A stretch of DNA of 64,000 nucleotides, taken from an uncultured bacterium. GTDB lineage: Bacteria > Patescibacteriota > Minisyncoccia > Phycocordibacterales > UBA9973. Position numbers and translations under genes: made by a program. Below are positions 37,240 to 47,984 of this stretch, piece after piece. Position 1 is the first letter of the stretch, and each line of letters starts with the position of its first letter. Location: positions 28,213 to 92,212 of the forward strand of contig CAITQP010000007.1 of NCBI GenBank assembly GCA_903894565.1, written 5' to 3'. The notes beneath the pieces are model-generated. The model made no database searches. It had not been told where the DNA came from and saw nothing but the letters and a program-made list of their open reading frames with translations.

Positions 37240-38118
37240 TTAGAGTTTTTGTTCAGCTTCAATGAAAATGTCGAGGTTGCCTTCGTCGAGGACGCCTTTG
37301 GTGTCTGAGGTTTCGACTCCGGTGCGGAGGTCTTTGACGAGCTTGTAGGGATGCAGGACATAGTTGCGGATCTGATTCCCCCATTCGATTTCTGTGCCTT
37401 TGGTACTCTGCATACTTTCGACGAGACTTTTGTGTTCGTCTTCAGCTTTCTTGTAGAGTTTGCCACGCAAAATTTCCATTCCGCGTTCGCGATTTTGTTC
37501 CTGACTACGTTCTTCGCGCACGAGAATACTGATGCCCGTTGGCTTGTGCATGATTCGCACCGCAGTCTCGCGCTTGTTCACATTCTGTCCACCTGGACCA
37601 CCAGCACGTGCAAAATCAACTTCGACATCACCTTCATTCAGTTCGGGCATGGCTTGTTTTGGCACTTTTGGGATGACTTCGACGAGCGCAAAGCTCGTGC
37701 TTCGTTTGCCTTTTGAATTAAACGGACTTGTTCGCACGAGACGATGCACCCCACTCTCGTGTTTGAGCAGACCATGCGCTCCACGACCAGTCACTTCGAG
37801 CGAAATATTTTTGTAACCATTCTGATCATTTTTGCTTTCGTGGATCACCGCGTACGAAAGATTTTTGCGTGCAAAGAATTTCACGTACATATCAAAGAGC
37901 ATGCGCGCAAAATCTTCGGCATCATCTCCACCCGCCCCTGAAATGATTGTCATAATTGCATTGCCTTTATCAAAAGCAGCTGCACCTTCTTTCTTTTGTT
38001 TGAGCTCGCCGAGTTCACGAATCATTGTCTGAGCCTTGTCTTTGTCGGCCCAAAAATCCGCCCCGCTCATCGCGGTTTCGATTTCAACAATTCTATTGTC
38101 TACGTTGCCATTGTCCAT
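37240..38118 (-). CDS. prfB: peptide chain release factor 2
   Basis: SPF tripeptide (RTSPFNSKG) and GGQ motif (GPGGQNVNK). At 292 aa it lacks the N-terminal region that carries the programmed frameshift in many bacteria. Confidence 0.85.
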   Translation of the reverse strand: MDNGNVDNRIVEIETAMSGADFWADKDKAQTMIRELGELKQKKEGAAAFDKGNAIMTIISGAGGDDAEDFARMLFDMYVKFFARKNLSYAVIHESKNDQNGYKNISLEVTGRGAHGLLKHESGVHRLVRTSPFNSKGKRSTSFALVEVIPKVPKQAMPELNEGDVEVDFARAGGPGGQNVNKRETAVRIMHKPTGISILVREERSQEQNRERGMEILRGKLYKKAEDEHKSLVESMQSTKGTEIEWGNQIRNYVLHPYKLVKDLRTGVETSDTKGVLDEGNLDIFIEAEQKL

Positions 38119-38148
38119 AATTTTGATTATAACAGAGCCACCAATTTA

Positions 38149-38754
38149 CTAAGCAAAAATACTGTAACATCGCCAAGCCAAAAAGAGAATGAGGCAAAAC
38201 GTGACCAACACAAACAAGCCGTCCTTGTAATGATGTTTGCCGTACCACGATGGTCTCACAATCTCAAGCACGAGATGGTTCGAGAGAAGAACATGAACGA
38301 TAATAAGTACTGACGTGAGGATGAACGAAACATATGAAAGCATCGGAGTAAAGAAATAGTACAAGCATAGAACCATCATCGCCCCAGTCATATAAACAAA
38401 ATGTACCCACCCCGCACGAGTGAGTCTGCCGTTACGTACATGCGACTCTGGTATCTCGATTTTTGTATACAAATAATGGAGCACGGCACTTGTACCGAAC
38501 CCCACAATAAACGCGACACCATATTGGTGAATATCCCAATACAGAGCGTAAGTCAAAAGTATGTATGCGATGAGTGGAGAAACCAAAATAAAATCTCCCC
38601 ACATACCCGCGTGTGCGAGAAACGGTAGCCCTTGTGTAATCCCGTGCCGCTTCATCTCTCCGACGGTCAAAAAATGATCGCGGTATGCATACCATGCACC
38701 AAGAACAACAAGTAATTCCGCAAAAATGAATGTGAATAAAAAAAGAGAATTCAT
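38149..38754 (-). CDS. hypothetical integral membrane protein (201 aa)
   Basis: Five to six hydrophobic helices. Confidence 0.5.
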   Translation of the reverse strand: MNSLFLFTFIFAELLVVLGAWYAYRDHFLTVGEMKRHGITQGLPFLAHAGMWGDFILVSPLIAYILLTYALYWDIHQYGVAFIVGFGTSAVLHYLYTKIEIPESHVRNGRLTRAGWVHFVYMTGAMMVLCLYYFFTPMLSYVSFILTSVLIIVHVLLSNHLVLEIVRPSWYGKHHYKDGLFVLVTFCLILFLAWRCYSIFA

Positions 38755-38755
38755 A

Positions 38756-39277
38756 TTATGTGGTCGGTACCCAAAAGCGAAGACTCACCAGACCCTCATC
38801 GTTTGTAACTTCGTTTTCAAATATTCCACCATTCTTTTCGATAATGCGACGTGAAGCTTCGTTCGTTTTAAGACACGTGAGAAGTGCTTTCTCTATTCCG
38901 AGCTCATGAACTTTTGGGAGCACGAGTCCGAGTGCGATACTTCCATAGCCTTTGTGTCGTTCGCTCGGACGAATTGAATATCCGACGTGTCCACCAATAT
39001 GCATGAGTGCCTCATTCAATCGGTGGCGAATCGAAATGCGCCCGATGAATTTTTCTCCGTCAATAATCCAGTACACCGTCTGTGGAACACGCCCTTCGAG
39101 TAAATTCTTTCCTTCACGCTCATCGCTCAAATACGCGAGAAACGCCTCAAAATCTCCGTTGAATCGTTTGTAGCTTTCACCTTCAAGCGGATTCATTTGT
39201 CCTGGATCTTGTTCAGCGAGCGCTTCTAAAAAACTCTCTTTATATTTTTCCGACGGCAATACAAGAATCGGATTCAT
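38756..39277 (-). CDS. GNAT-family N-acetyltransferase
   Basis: Acetyl-CoA-binding motif (HKGYGSIALGLVLPKVHELG) in a GNAT fold. Confidence 0.65.
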   Translation of the reverse strand: MNPILVLPSEKYKESFLEALAEQDPGQMNPLEGESYKRFNGDFEAFLAYLSDEREGKNLLEGRVPQTVYWIIDGEKFIGRISIRHRLNEALMHIGGHVGYSIRPSERHKGYGSIALGLVLPKVHELGIEKALLTCLKTNEASRRIIEKNGGIFENEVTNDEGLVSLRFWVPTT

Positions 39278-39278
39278 G

Positions 39279-39352
39279 AGCCACCTCTCGGGATTGAACC
39301 GAGGACCTTCTCGCTACGAGTGAGATGCTCTACCAACTGAGCTAAGGTGGCG
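39279..39352 (-). tRNA. tRNA-Thr (anticodon CGT)
   Basis: Hand-folded: acceptor GCCACCT/AGGTGGC, D arm GCTC-AGTTGGTA-GAGC, anticodon loop CTCGTAG, T arm CTCGG-TTCAATC-CCGAG. 74 nt, no encoded CCA. Confidence 0.85.
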
Positions 39353-39371
39353 TATATATTTATACTTTACA

Positions 39372-39824
39372 CTAAACTTTTTTACTCGCAAGAATCCGCG
39401 CATCTTTAATTCTTTTACTTACGCTCCGGTTCGTTCTTCCGTTTCCTTTATTAGCACCTGCATATGTAGGAGTTAATGAGTCGCAATTCGGGCAAAGTAA
39501 CCGTAGATTGCTTTCAACATTGTTATGCCAGTTACCATCAATGTGGTCAGCAACAACGGGAACTTTCCCTGTCTTTTGATTTATCTGCGACCAGCCACAC
39601 AAACAACACTTATCTCCGTACTTTTCCCGCAAATATATTTTGATCGCAGTTGAAACGACACCGATACTTTGTAGTCCTTGAATCTTTCCCGACTTCCATT
39701 TTTCGATGTACACAGCGCGTTGATATGCACCCTGACATGCGTTGCTACAATATTTATACTTTGCACTTGCTGGCTCCTTACCACAGTACAAACATGGTGT
39801 CCTGAATTTTTTAGGATTCGGCAT
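39372..39824 (-). CDS. HNH endonuclease (free-standing, homing-endonuclease-like)
   Basis: HNH motif CCLCGWS...VADHIDGNWHNNVESNLRLLCPNCDS. N-terminal CxxC pair (CLYCG...CSNAC). Begins 46-82 nt 3' of the intron-containing tRNA. The ORF could extend to 39860 only with a TTG start. Confidence 0.6.
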   Translation of the reverse strand: MPNPKKFRTPCLYCGKEPASAKYKYCSNACQGAYQRAVYIEKWKSGKIQGLQSIGVVSTAIKIYLREKYGDKCCLCGWSQINQKTGKVPVVADHIDGNWHNNVESNLRLLCPNCDSLTPTYAGANKGNGRTNRSVSKRIKDARILASKKV

Positions 39825-39905
39825 AACCTTATTGTAAGTGAACAATCGTTCACATGTCAAACATCTTCTTGTTGAAACAAGACTAAAACATTATTGTTTC
39901 AGTGA

Positions 39906-40159
39906 GCCGTTGTCCGGGATCGAACCGGAGACCTCATTCTTCGCTTACACCTCCTTTTTATATATAGAAGAGGGCTAGACTGTATATTTCTCCTCTTTCG
40001 AGGAAACCCTTGTCAGTCGTTCGGGCGAAACAATTTCGCCACGGTCTTGGCCAATCTGGCTATTAACCGTTATTCGGGATTCACCCAAAGATTACTCTCT
40101 GAGTGGGCAGGAACTGCGTTCCACCATGAATGTGCTCTACCAACTGAGCTACAACGGCT
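39906..40159 (-). tRNA. intron-containing tRNA (probable tRNA-Arg, anticodon region xCG; ~181-nt intervening sequence in the anticodon loop)
   Basis: The 5' exon (40127-40159, GCCGTTGTAGCTCAGTTGGTAGAGCACATTCAT) gives acceptor strand, D arm and the 5' anticodon stem CATTC. The 3' exon (39906-39945, ...GCGAAGAATGAGGTCTCCGGTTCGATCCCGGACAACGGCT) gives the 3' anticodon stem GAATG, the T arm CCGG-TTCGATC-CCGG and acceptor CAACGGC, which pairs perfectly with the 5' exon. The two halves are separated by ~181 nt. Confidence 0.6.
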
Positions 40160-40209
40160 TCTGTAATTTTCAATCAGTCAAAAGTGACCAACTTCGCAAT
40201 ACTACTAGA

Positions 40210-40791
40210 TTACGAGGCTTTTTTCAATCTCCCACGAAGGACCAAGAAACACATGACTCCTCCACACACAGTCAAATATGCAGGAAAAAGTACTACTCCA
40301 TATGAAAATCGTGGAATCGTGGCGACAAGCGATGTGATGTAGCTCAAAAGAAAGAGCAACCACGTCGCAAGATTCTCAGTAGAAGCATCGAGATACGTTT
40401 TACGCATTGTCGGAAGAAACGCAACTGCATCGGCGCACAAGCTCAGTGTAAGAGAAAAGTTTGCCGAGTGAAACATCACATACGTCACGATCGCAAGCAG
40501 TGAAAACCCGAGACAAAAATAATCAAATAGTGAAAAATCACCTTTCCAATTTCGGAAAGAAACACACATTATAATAAACGGCAGAATCGTCCCTGCAAAC
40601 GCAAATGGAAGTGTTTCGCGCGCGCCAACCTGTACATACAAATACGCACTAATAATTCCAATAAGTGTCCAAAGCATCCAACTGAACGGGTGCGGTTTCG
40701 TCTCCCCTCTCACAATCGAAAAGATGTATGGAATATATGCGATTATAAAAATGAATGCGGAGAGAATACCGAAAAATTGGTACAACGTCAT
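40210..40791 (-). CDS. hypothetical integral membrane protein (193 aa)
   Basis: Six hydrophobic helices. ATG start at 40791 (the listed 40809 start is not an ATG). Confidence 0.5.
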   Translation of the reverse strand: MTLYQFFGILSAFIFIIAYIPYIFSIVRGETKPHPFSWMLWTLIGIISAYLYVQVGARETLPFAFAGTILPFIIMCVSFRNWKGDFSLFDYFCLGFSLLAIVTYVMFHSANFSLTLSLCADAVAFLPTMRKTYLDASTENLATWLLFLLSYITSLVATIPRFSYGVVLFPAYLTVCGGVMCFLVLRGRLKKAS

Positions 40792-40810
40792 GCAAGAATG
40801 ATAACACAAA

Positions 40811-40841
40811 AGGCCACGCGTACGCGTGGCCTTTTGTGTTT
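40811..40841 (-). terminator. rho-independent terminator after tRNA-Asp
   Basis: Perfect palindrome GGCCACGCG-TA-CGCGTGGCC flanked by A-run and T-run (AAAAGGCCACGCGTACGCGTGGCCTTTTGTGTT). It can terminate transcription in both directions. Confidence 0.55.
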
Positions 40842-40844
40842 CTG

Positions 40845-40918
40845 CGCAGTCGACGGGGGTCGAACCCGCAACCTCTCCCGTGACAGGGGAGTGCTCTAAC
40901 CAGTTGAGCTACGACTGC
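40845..40918 (-). tRNA. tRNA-Asp (anticodon GTC)
   Basis: Hand-folded: acceptor GCAGTCG/CGACTGC, D arm GCTC-AACTGGTTA-GAGC, anticodon stem CTCCC/GGGAG with loop CTGTCAC, T arm GCGGG-TTCGACC-CCCGT. Confidence 0.85.
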
Positions 40919-40947
40919 ATCTATTTTCTCGGACGTGAGTCCGATTG

Positions 40948-41021
40948 TGTCGGCGGGAGGGATCGAACCTCCGACCTTGGGCTTATGAGTCCCACGCTCT
41001 AACCAACTGAGCTACGCCGAC
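40948..41021 (-). tRNA. tRNA-Met (elongator-type, anticodon CAT)
   Basis: Acceptor GTCGGCG/CGCCGAC fully paired, anticodon loop CTCATAA, T arm GGAGG-TTCGATC-CCTCC. Could alternatively be tRNA-Ile2 (lysidine). Confidence 0.75.
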
Positions 41022-41257
41022 ATCTCTATAAGTTCCAACTTCTTCGTTCGACTGAGTTTTTTAATCTCAGCTTCCCGTCGAAGCGCGTTTCCGCGCGTCC
41101 CGCACGATTCACTATATACGCACGCAGTAACAGGGTGGCTCTTCGTGTAGCGCGCGCCTCTACCCTCTTTGTGTGCAGTAAACCTTCTATCCAAGTCGTT
41201 GGTACTTCCTGTATAAAGGCTCCCGTCTTCACATTGTAGAATATAGACGAACCACAT
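41012..41257 (-). CDS. GIY-YIG nuclease superfamily protein (YhbQ/UPF0213-like)
   Basis: WFVYILQCEDGSLYTGSTNDLDRRFTAHKEG...YTKSHPV matches the GIY-YIG core. Stop codon TAG lies inside tRNA-Met (10-nt overlap). The N-terminal extension to 41359 was rejected. Confidence 0.6.
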   Translation of the reverse strand: MWFVYILQCEDGSLYTGSTNDLDRRFTAHKEGRGARYTKSHPVTACVYSESCGTRGNALRREAEIKKLSRTKKLELIEMSA

Positions 41258-41302
41258 AGTGCATGCAACCCTTGTCACTTGCACGCATCCGTAGGATGCT
41301 TG

Positions 41303-41373
41303 TTGCGGGGCCCGGAATCGAACCGGGGTCTCAAGGTTATGAGCCTTACGAGATACCACTTCTCCACCCCGCG
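41303..41373 (-). tRNA. tRNA-fMet (initiator, anticodon CAT)
   Basis: Acceptor CGCGGGG/CCCCGCA with unpaired C1-A72, the bacterial initiator hallmark. Anticodon loop CTCATAA with G-C pairs next to the loop, T arm CCCGG-TTCGATT-CCGGG. 71 nt. Confidence 0.75.
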
Positions 41374-41458
41374 CGTAATCAATCTAGCCTTACGGCAAAA
41401 ATGAAAATGCGCCTTGTGACGCAGATGCATTGTACTAAAAAAGCGCGAAAAAGCAACC

Positions 41459-42067
41459 TTATGACAAAAAGCCTAGTTCGCGGAAGACCACTTCGTAGAG
41501 CTGGATCGTGCGACGAGCATCGCGTTGGCTCAGGGAAAATTCACTTCCTTCGTGGGCGATTCTGTTACGAACGAGGTGTGCTTCCCATGCTGCTTGAATA
41601 CTACCGAGATCACCTGGTGGTATATTCTTGAGACGTTCTCCAATCCCCGCTCCTGGTATATCCCGAGCCTCGAGAAGGCCTTCGAGAACACTATCAGCCT
41701 CCATAACTGCAATCCTCCACTCCGCACTTGATGGTGCGTTGAGTAATTCTTGAATATGTTCCCAACGTACGTTGCGTCCGGAATTCGCGCGATCATTGTG
41801 ACGATCCTGATATTCATGAATCGCGTGTTTCAAGTGTTCATCTTCCTCATATGCAATCTCCACCATGCGCACGAGACAATAGATGATCATTGTTATACCA
41901 AATAGCGAAAGAACGTAGGAGACAAAATAGACCGGTCCACCTGCGTGAATACCCTTGAACCAATTAACGATGACGAGTACTTTGCCGAACCAATAATCGA
42001 GGTTCAAAAAACTCGGGTCAAAGAGTGGCTTGGTGAGAAGTTGTGTACCGATTGCGTTCGGATCCAT
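41459..42067 (-). CDS. hypothetical membrane-anchored protein with possible HEPN-like Rx4H motif
   Basis: Two N-terminal transmembrane helices. C-terminal region contains RNRIAHE (R-x4-H). No secure family assignment. Confidence 0.4.
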   Translation of the reverse strand: MDPNAIGTQLLTKPLFDPSFLNLDYWFGKVLVIVNWFKGIHAGGPVYFVSYVLSLFGITMIIYCLVRMVEIAYEEDEHLKHAIHEYQDRHNDRANSGRNVRWEHIQELLNAPSSAEWRIAVMEADSVLEGLLEARDIPGAGIGERLKNIPPGDLGSIQAAWEAHLVRNRIAHEGSEFSLSQRDARRTIQLYEVVFRELGFLS

Positions 42068-42087
42068 ACTATCTTTTTATTGTAGCA

Positions 42088-43515
42088 TTATTTCGATTGA
42101 TTCGTACGCTCAAATTCTTTTCCAACAGCAAAGAGGGTGTCGTCTTCCCATCGTGGAGCAGTAATTTGTACGGCAGTTGGAAGTCCGGTCGCAGTGAGTC
42201 CAATTGGAAGGGCGATTGAGGGAGCACCTGAGAGGTTTGCTGGAGCAGAAAATACGTCGGCAAGATACATGGCAACAGGATCAGTCAATTTCTCACCAAG
42301 CTTAAACGGAAGCATCGGTGCGACAGGAGTGACCACAAAATCATATTTCGTAAAAGTCTCATCGAGTTCTTTGGTTATTGCATCACGCAAACGGAGCGCT
42401 CGACGATAGTACTCACCATCATTTGAAAGCACATAGGAACCAAGAATAATACGTCGGCGAGATTCGCGACCAAATCCTTCACCACGAGTTTTCATATAAA
42501 ATTCGTTTAGATCTTTCGCTTCTTTTGCATGGTATCCATAGCGAATACCGTCGAGACGTTCAAGGTTTGTTGAAACTTCGGCTGGCATGACAATGTAATA
42601 CACGGCAAGCGAATACGGCATGAGCGGGAATGAAACTGTTTCGATTGTATAGCCCATTGCACGGAACGTATCGAGCGATTTCAAAAATGCCTCGTGCAAT
42701 TCTGTATCGATACCTTCCCCTTTCATACATTCTGCGGGAACGGCGATTTTCTTTGTGAGTGTTCGTGGCGCAGGTACACGCTTTTCCATTGGTACTGTCG
42801 TTCCATCAAGCTCAGGATCATAACTCACAAGTGCTTTGTGAATGATTTCAGCATCACGCACTGTGTGTGCAAGCGGACCAACTTGGTCGAGCGAATTACC
42901 CATGGCGATAATCCCGCTTCGAGATACTGCTCCGTAGGTTGGTTTAAATCCAACAAGTCCACAAAACGATGCGGGCTGACGAATCGAACCACACGTCTCG
43001 CTACCAAGTGATGCGAGTGCTCCGTACATCGCGACGGCAGCAGCTGGACCACCACTTGATCCACCTGGAACGCGTTCACGATCGAGTGGATTACGCGTCA
43101 CTCCATAAGCACTCGTCTGTGTTGAACTTCCCATAGCGAACTCATCCATGTTTGTACGTCCGAGAAAAACGACTCCTTGGTCGATGAGATTTTGGAGTGC
43201 CGTCGCCGTATACGAAGCAGTATATCCTTCAAGAATTTTTGATGCAGCACTCGCATGCTTGCCCTTGATGAGCATGTTGTCTTTCATCGCAAGCGGAATA
43301 CCAGTCAGCAATGTGGCCGTTCCATTTTTGAATTTGTCTTGCGCCTTGTCTGCTTGGTCCATGACATCGGCAAATATTTCGAGGTATGCATTGATATCAG
43401 GATTCTTTTCTTTGATCACGTCGAGATATGCTTGGCACAATTCACGAACAGTATACTCACCTTTGGTGAGCGCATCATGAGCTTTTTCGATTGTGAGATC
43501 TTTTATATCAATCAT
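42088..43515 (-). CDS. gatA: Asp-tRNA(Asn)/Glu-tRNA(Gln) amidotransferase subunit A
   Basis: Amidase signature GGSSGGPAAAVA with the catalytic Ser-cisSer-Lys triad context. Immediately downstream of gatC. Confidence 0.9.
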   Translation of the reverse strand: MIDIKDLTIEKAHDALTKGEYTVRELCQAYLDVIKEKNPDINAYLEIFADVMDQADKAQDKFKNGTATLLTGIPLAMKDNMLIKGKHASAASKILEGYTASYTATALQNLIDQGVVFLGRTNMDEFAMGSSTQTSAYGVTRNPLDRERVPGGSSGGPAAAVAMYGALASLGSETCGSIRQPASFCGLVGFKPTYGAVSRSGIIAMGNSLDQVGPLAHTVRDAEIIHKALVSYDPELDGTTVPMEKRVPAPRTLTKKIAVPAECMKGEGIDTELHEAFLKSLDTFRAMGYTIETVSFPLMPYSLAVYYIVMPAEVSTNLERLDGIRYGYHAKEAKDLNEFYMKTRGEGFGRESRRRIILGSYVLSNDGEYYRRALRLRDAITKELDETFTKYDFVVTPVAPMLPFKLGEKLTDPVAMYLADVFSAPANLSGAPSIALPIGLTATGLPTAVQITAPRWEDDTLFAVGKEFERTNQSK

Positions 43516-43519
43516 ATGA

Positions 43520-43798
43520 TTAGAGAATTTTCTTTACCTTTACAAAACCATCCATTTGCGATGGCGCCTGAGCGAATACATCAGCTGCTACAGATCCTGT
43601 TGGATTCGATACGACATCATCTCGCACAGCGTTACGATTGAGAGGAACGACAACCTCCTCCGGTGGAAGAGGGGCCGAATTGACTTGATTGATATAGACG
43701 AGCGTTGCGTCGAGGTCCTTGGCAAGGCCTTCTGCCTCCTCGTCGCTCATCGAAATACGAGCTGTTGAGGCGAGTTTTTTGATATCGGAAAGTTGCAT
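43520..43798 (-). CDS. gatC: Asp-tRNA(Asn)/Glu-tRNA(Gln) amidotransferase subunit C
   Basis: 92 aa with GatC-like sequence (LARISMSDEE...L.....YINQ), positioned upstream of gatA. Confidence 0.75.
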   Translation of the reverse strand: MQLSDIKKLASTARISMSDEEAEGLAKDLDATLVYINQVNSAPLPPEEVVVPLNRNAVRDDVVSNPTGSVAADVFAQAPSQMDGFVKVKKIL

Positions 43799-43815
43799 GT
43801 CTTATTTATACCACG

Positions 43816-45843
<2,028 letters not shown>

Positions 45844-46758
45844 TTAAGGACAAGCCACATTAGCATTTCCGGTGGCACTATATCCAGTACCTACTGCATT
45901 TCTCGCCCACGACCTCATATATATGGTTGAACATGAAGTGATTGGAAAATCTGGGTAACCAAATGTACTAAATGAATGTCCGACCAAGATACTAAATCCT
46001 GCGTCAATATTCCGATCATAGGTACCTGGAAAAGGCTGGGTAACCCCAAGAGTTGTTGGAATGATCGTGTACTCAAATCCTGCTTGGAGAAGTGGAGAAC
46101 CTCCGTCAGAAGTAACAACACCTCCAGTCGTCCCAACGGTCGGATCAATATCTGCGGTAACAACTGGCACCGTAGGTCCAGTACCACCCCCTCCGGTCGT
46201 GCTACTTGTTCCTGAATTTGGATACTGCAAGAACAAACGGCGAGTAACGACACGAAGTCCAGGTGTACCGCTGACACAGACAGTAGGATCAGTCCTGCTT
46301 GCTTCAACATTGTATCCAACGGAAGAGATCGAGGTGTAATCACTCGCTCCCGTACCAAGTGCATCATATGCCTTGTTCACATTCACGAGCGCACACGAAC
46401 GTGGACCAAGTGGAAGTACGAATTGAAATGTTGGGGATGTATCTACGAGGTAGGGTGAAATCGGAGGATTGCCACAGGTATAACTACCCATACCTGATCC
46501 ACTAAATACTCCACGTACTGGTGCGTCGAGATACAGTGCGCATTCGATTCCAGTGTCAGCTGCAAAAAATGCTCGATCTGATTCTTGGGCTTCAAACGAA
46601 AATGTTGTTTCTCGGTATGAAATATTCGTAATACCAATCGAAACCAACAGCAACACGCTCGTCAGTAAAATAACGAACAAGAGAGCTACTCCCCGCTCAG
46701 GTGTCTTACGGCTATTCAAGGTAGGTCGTGAGAAAAACTGTTTCATATCTAGTACCAA
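45844..46758 (-). CDS. PilX-like pilus assembly protein / large minor pilin
   Basis: N-terminal ERGVALLFVILLTSVLLLVSIGI resembles the PilX_N hydrophobic segment. Last gene of the pilus cluster. Confidence 0.45.
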   Translation of the reverse strand: MVLDMKQFFSRPTLNSRKTPERGVALLFVILLTSVLLLVSIGITNISYRETTFSFEAQESDRAFFAADTGIECALYLDAPVRGVFSGSGMGSYTCGNPPISPYLVDTSPTFQFVLPLGPRSCALVNVNKAYDALGTGASDYTSISSVGYNVEASRTDPTVCVSGTPGLRVVTRRLFLQYPNSGTSSTTGGGGTGPTVPVVTADIDPTVGTTGGVVTSDGGSPLLQAGFEYTIIPTTLGVTQPFPGTYDRNIDAGFSILVGHSFSTFGYPDFPITSCSTIYMRSWARNAVGTGYSATGNANVACP

Positions 46759-47342
46759 TTAAAAAGTTCTTCCGTGTGAGTAATCGACTCTGGGGTAATA
46801 CCATCTTTCCATGTTACGGTCGATGTGACCGTAACCTCATCTGTTGAAAGCGACACGGCATCAACGGTAATTTTTCGCGTGAACACAGAAGAAGGCGGGA
46901 TACCTGCTGACCAAGTGTCTTTATAAAAACCGCTCGAAGTATCGTAATACAATGGACAACCAGAGACTGGACACGAAACGATATTCGTAACGTTTGGAAA
47001 AATAGTTGCTCCTGCTGAGTTCGTTGCGTCTATATCACACGAAACTGAAGTACTCGTTGTACAAAGAGCGATCCCCGTCATAAACGACGCCCATCCCGTA
47101 CCGCGAGAACCAGCAGATACACCAGCAACATTCGTATCGCGAAATCCACGAACCAATTCAACTCCTTCATCGGCAAGATACGTTGCGACTAGTTTGTTTC
47201 GAGCAATATTAATAGTAAGCCCACCTTGTGAGGCAACAGTAATAACTCCGGCAACCGCAATTGAAAAAATAGTAAGCGCAATAAGCACTTCTACAATAGT
47301 AAATCCTCGTTCTGTGTGATTATAAGTGTGAGAAAATTGCAT
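46749..47342 (-). CDS. type IV pilus minor pilin (prepilin-type N-terminal cleavage/methylation domain)
   Basis: ERGFTIVEVLIALTIFSIAV matches the prepilin G/FT(L/I)(I/V)E motif. Confidence 0.6.
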   Translation of the reverse strand: MQFSHTYNHTERGFTIVEVLIALTIFSIAVAGVITVASQGGLTINIARNKLVATYLADEGVELVRGFRDTNVAGVSAGSRGTGWASFMTGIALCTTSTSVSCDIDATNSAGATIFPNVTNIVSCPVSGCPLYYDTSSGFYKDTWSAGIPPSSVFTRKITVDAVSLSTDEVTVTSTVTWKDGITPESITHTEELFNWY

Positions 47343-47354
47343 AGTGAGTATGTA

Positions 47355-47984
47355 TTACGAATCGAGCGCACGCTGTGATGCCGTTGTTTCGATTGCAAAC
47401 TTAGAATTTATTCCTTTGTAATGAATCGTTCCCGCAAGCCGGATCACCACTGTTGGCTGTGCACCATCACCTGCTTCTGCACCACGTACGGTGAATCCAG
47501 AATTCGCCCAATCCATTTCAACTTCATTCGGAGTGATCACTTGAGGTATCCCCGCCCCCTTTTGCTTCACAATGGTGCTTGGAGTACTGCCACTCGCGGG
47601 CATGATTTCATATGTTATCACAGTGCCATCTTGAGAGTTAAATGAAATAATGTTGTGTGGGTCAGAAGGAAGTGGACATGATAGTGGATCCACAATCCCG
47701 CTCGTACCACCAGTGCCCGGAGCACCACAGTGTGGTGGTGTCCCCAATCGAATGTTTCGCGCCATATCTTCCATCACGTAATTGAGACTATCCATTACTG
47801 TACGCAAATTTTGTGTCGCGTAATGCTGATTGATTGCATCGAGGACACTACCAATACCGATCGTAACGATAACCGTAAAGATTGCCATCGCAATCATGAC
47901 TTCAATAATCGTGAAGCCTCTTGAATCGAGAGTAGTTGCTATTTGATTTTTGTTCATACGAGAATACATCATATCGATTAGCAA
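47355..47984 (-). CDS. type IV pilus minor pilin (PilW/FimT-like)
   Basis: SRGFTIIEVMIAMAIFTVIV prepilin motif. Confidence 0.6.
   Translation of the reverse strand: MLIDMMYSRMNKNQIATTLDSRGFTIIEVMIAMAIFTVIVTIGIGSVLDAINQHYATQNLRTVMDSLNYVMEDMARNIRLGTPPHCGAPGTGGTSGIVDPLSCPLPSDPHNIISFNSQDGTVITYEIMPASGSTPSTIVKQKGAGIPQVITPNEVEMDWANSGFTVRGAEAGDGAQPTVVIRLAGTIHYKGINSKFAIETTASQRALDS

Noticed and set aside
41258-41359. N-terminal extension of the GIY-YIG ORF to 41359, and the long antisense ORFs across 41263-41631
   Set aside because: The GIY-YIG core begins at MWFVYIL (41257). The extension runs into the tRNA-fMet gene and is probably non-coding.
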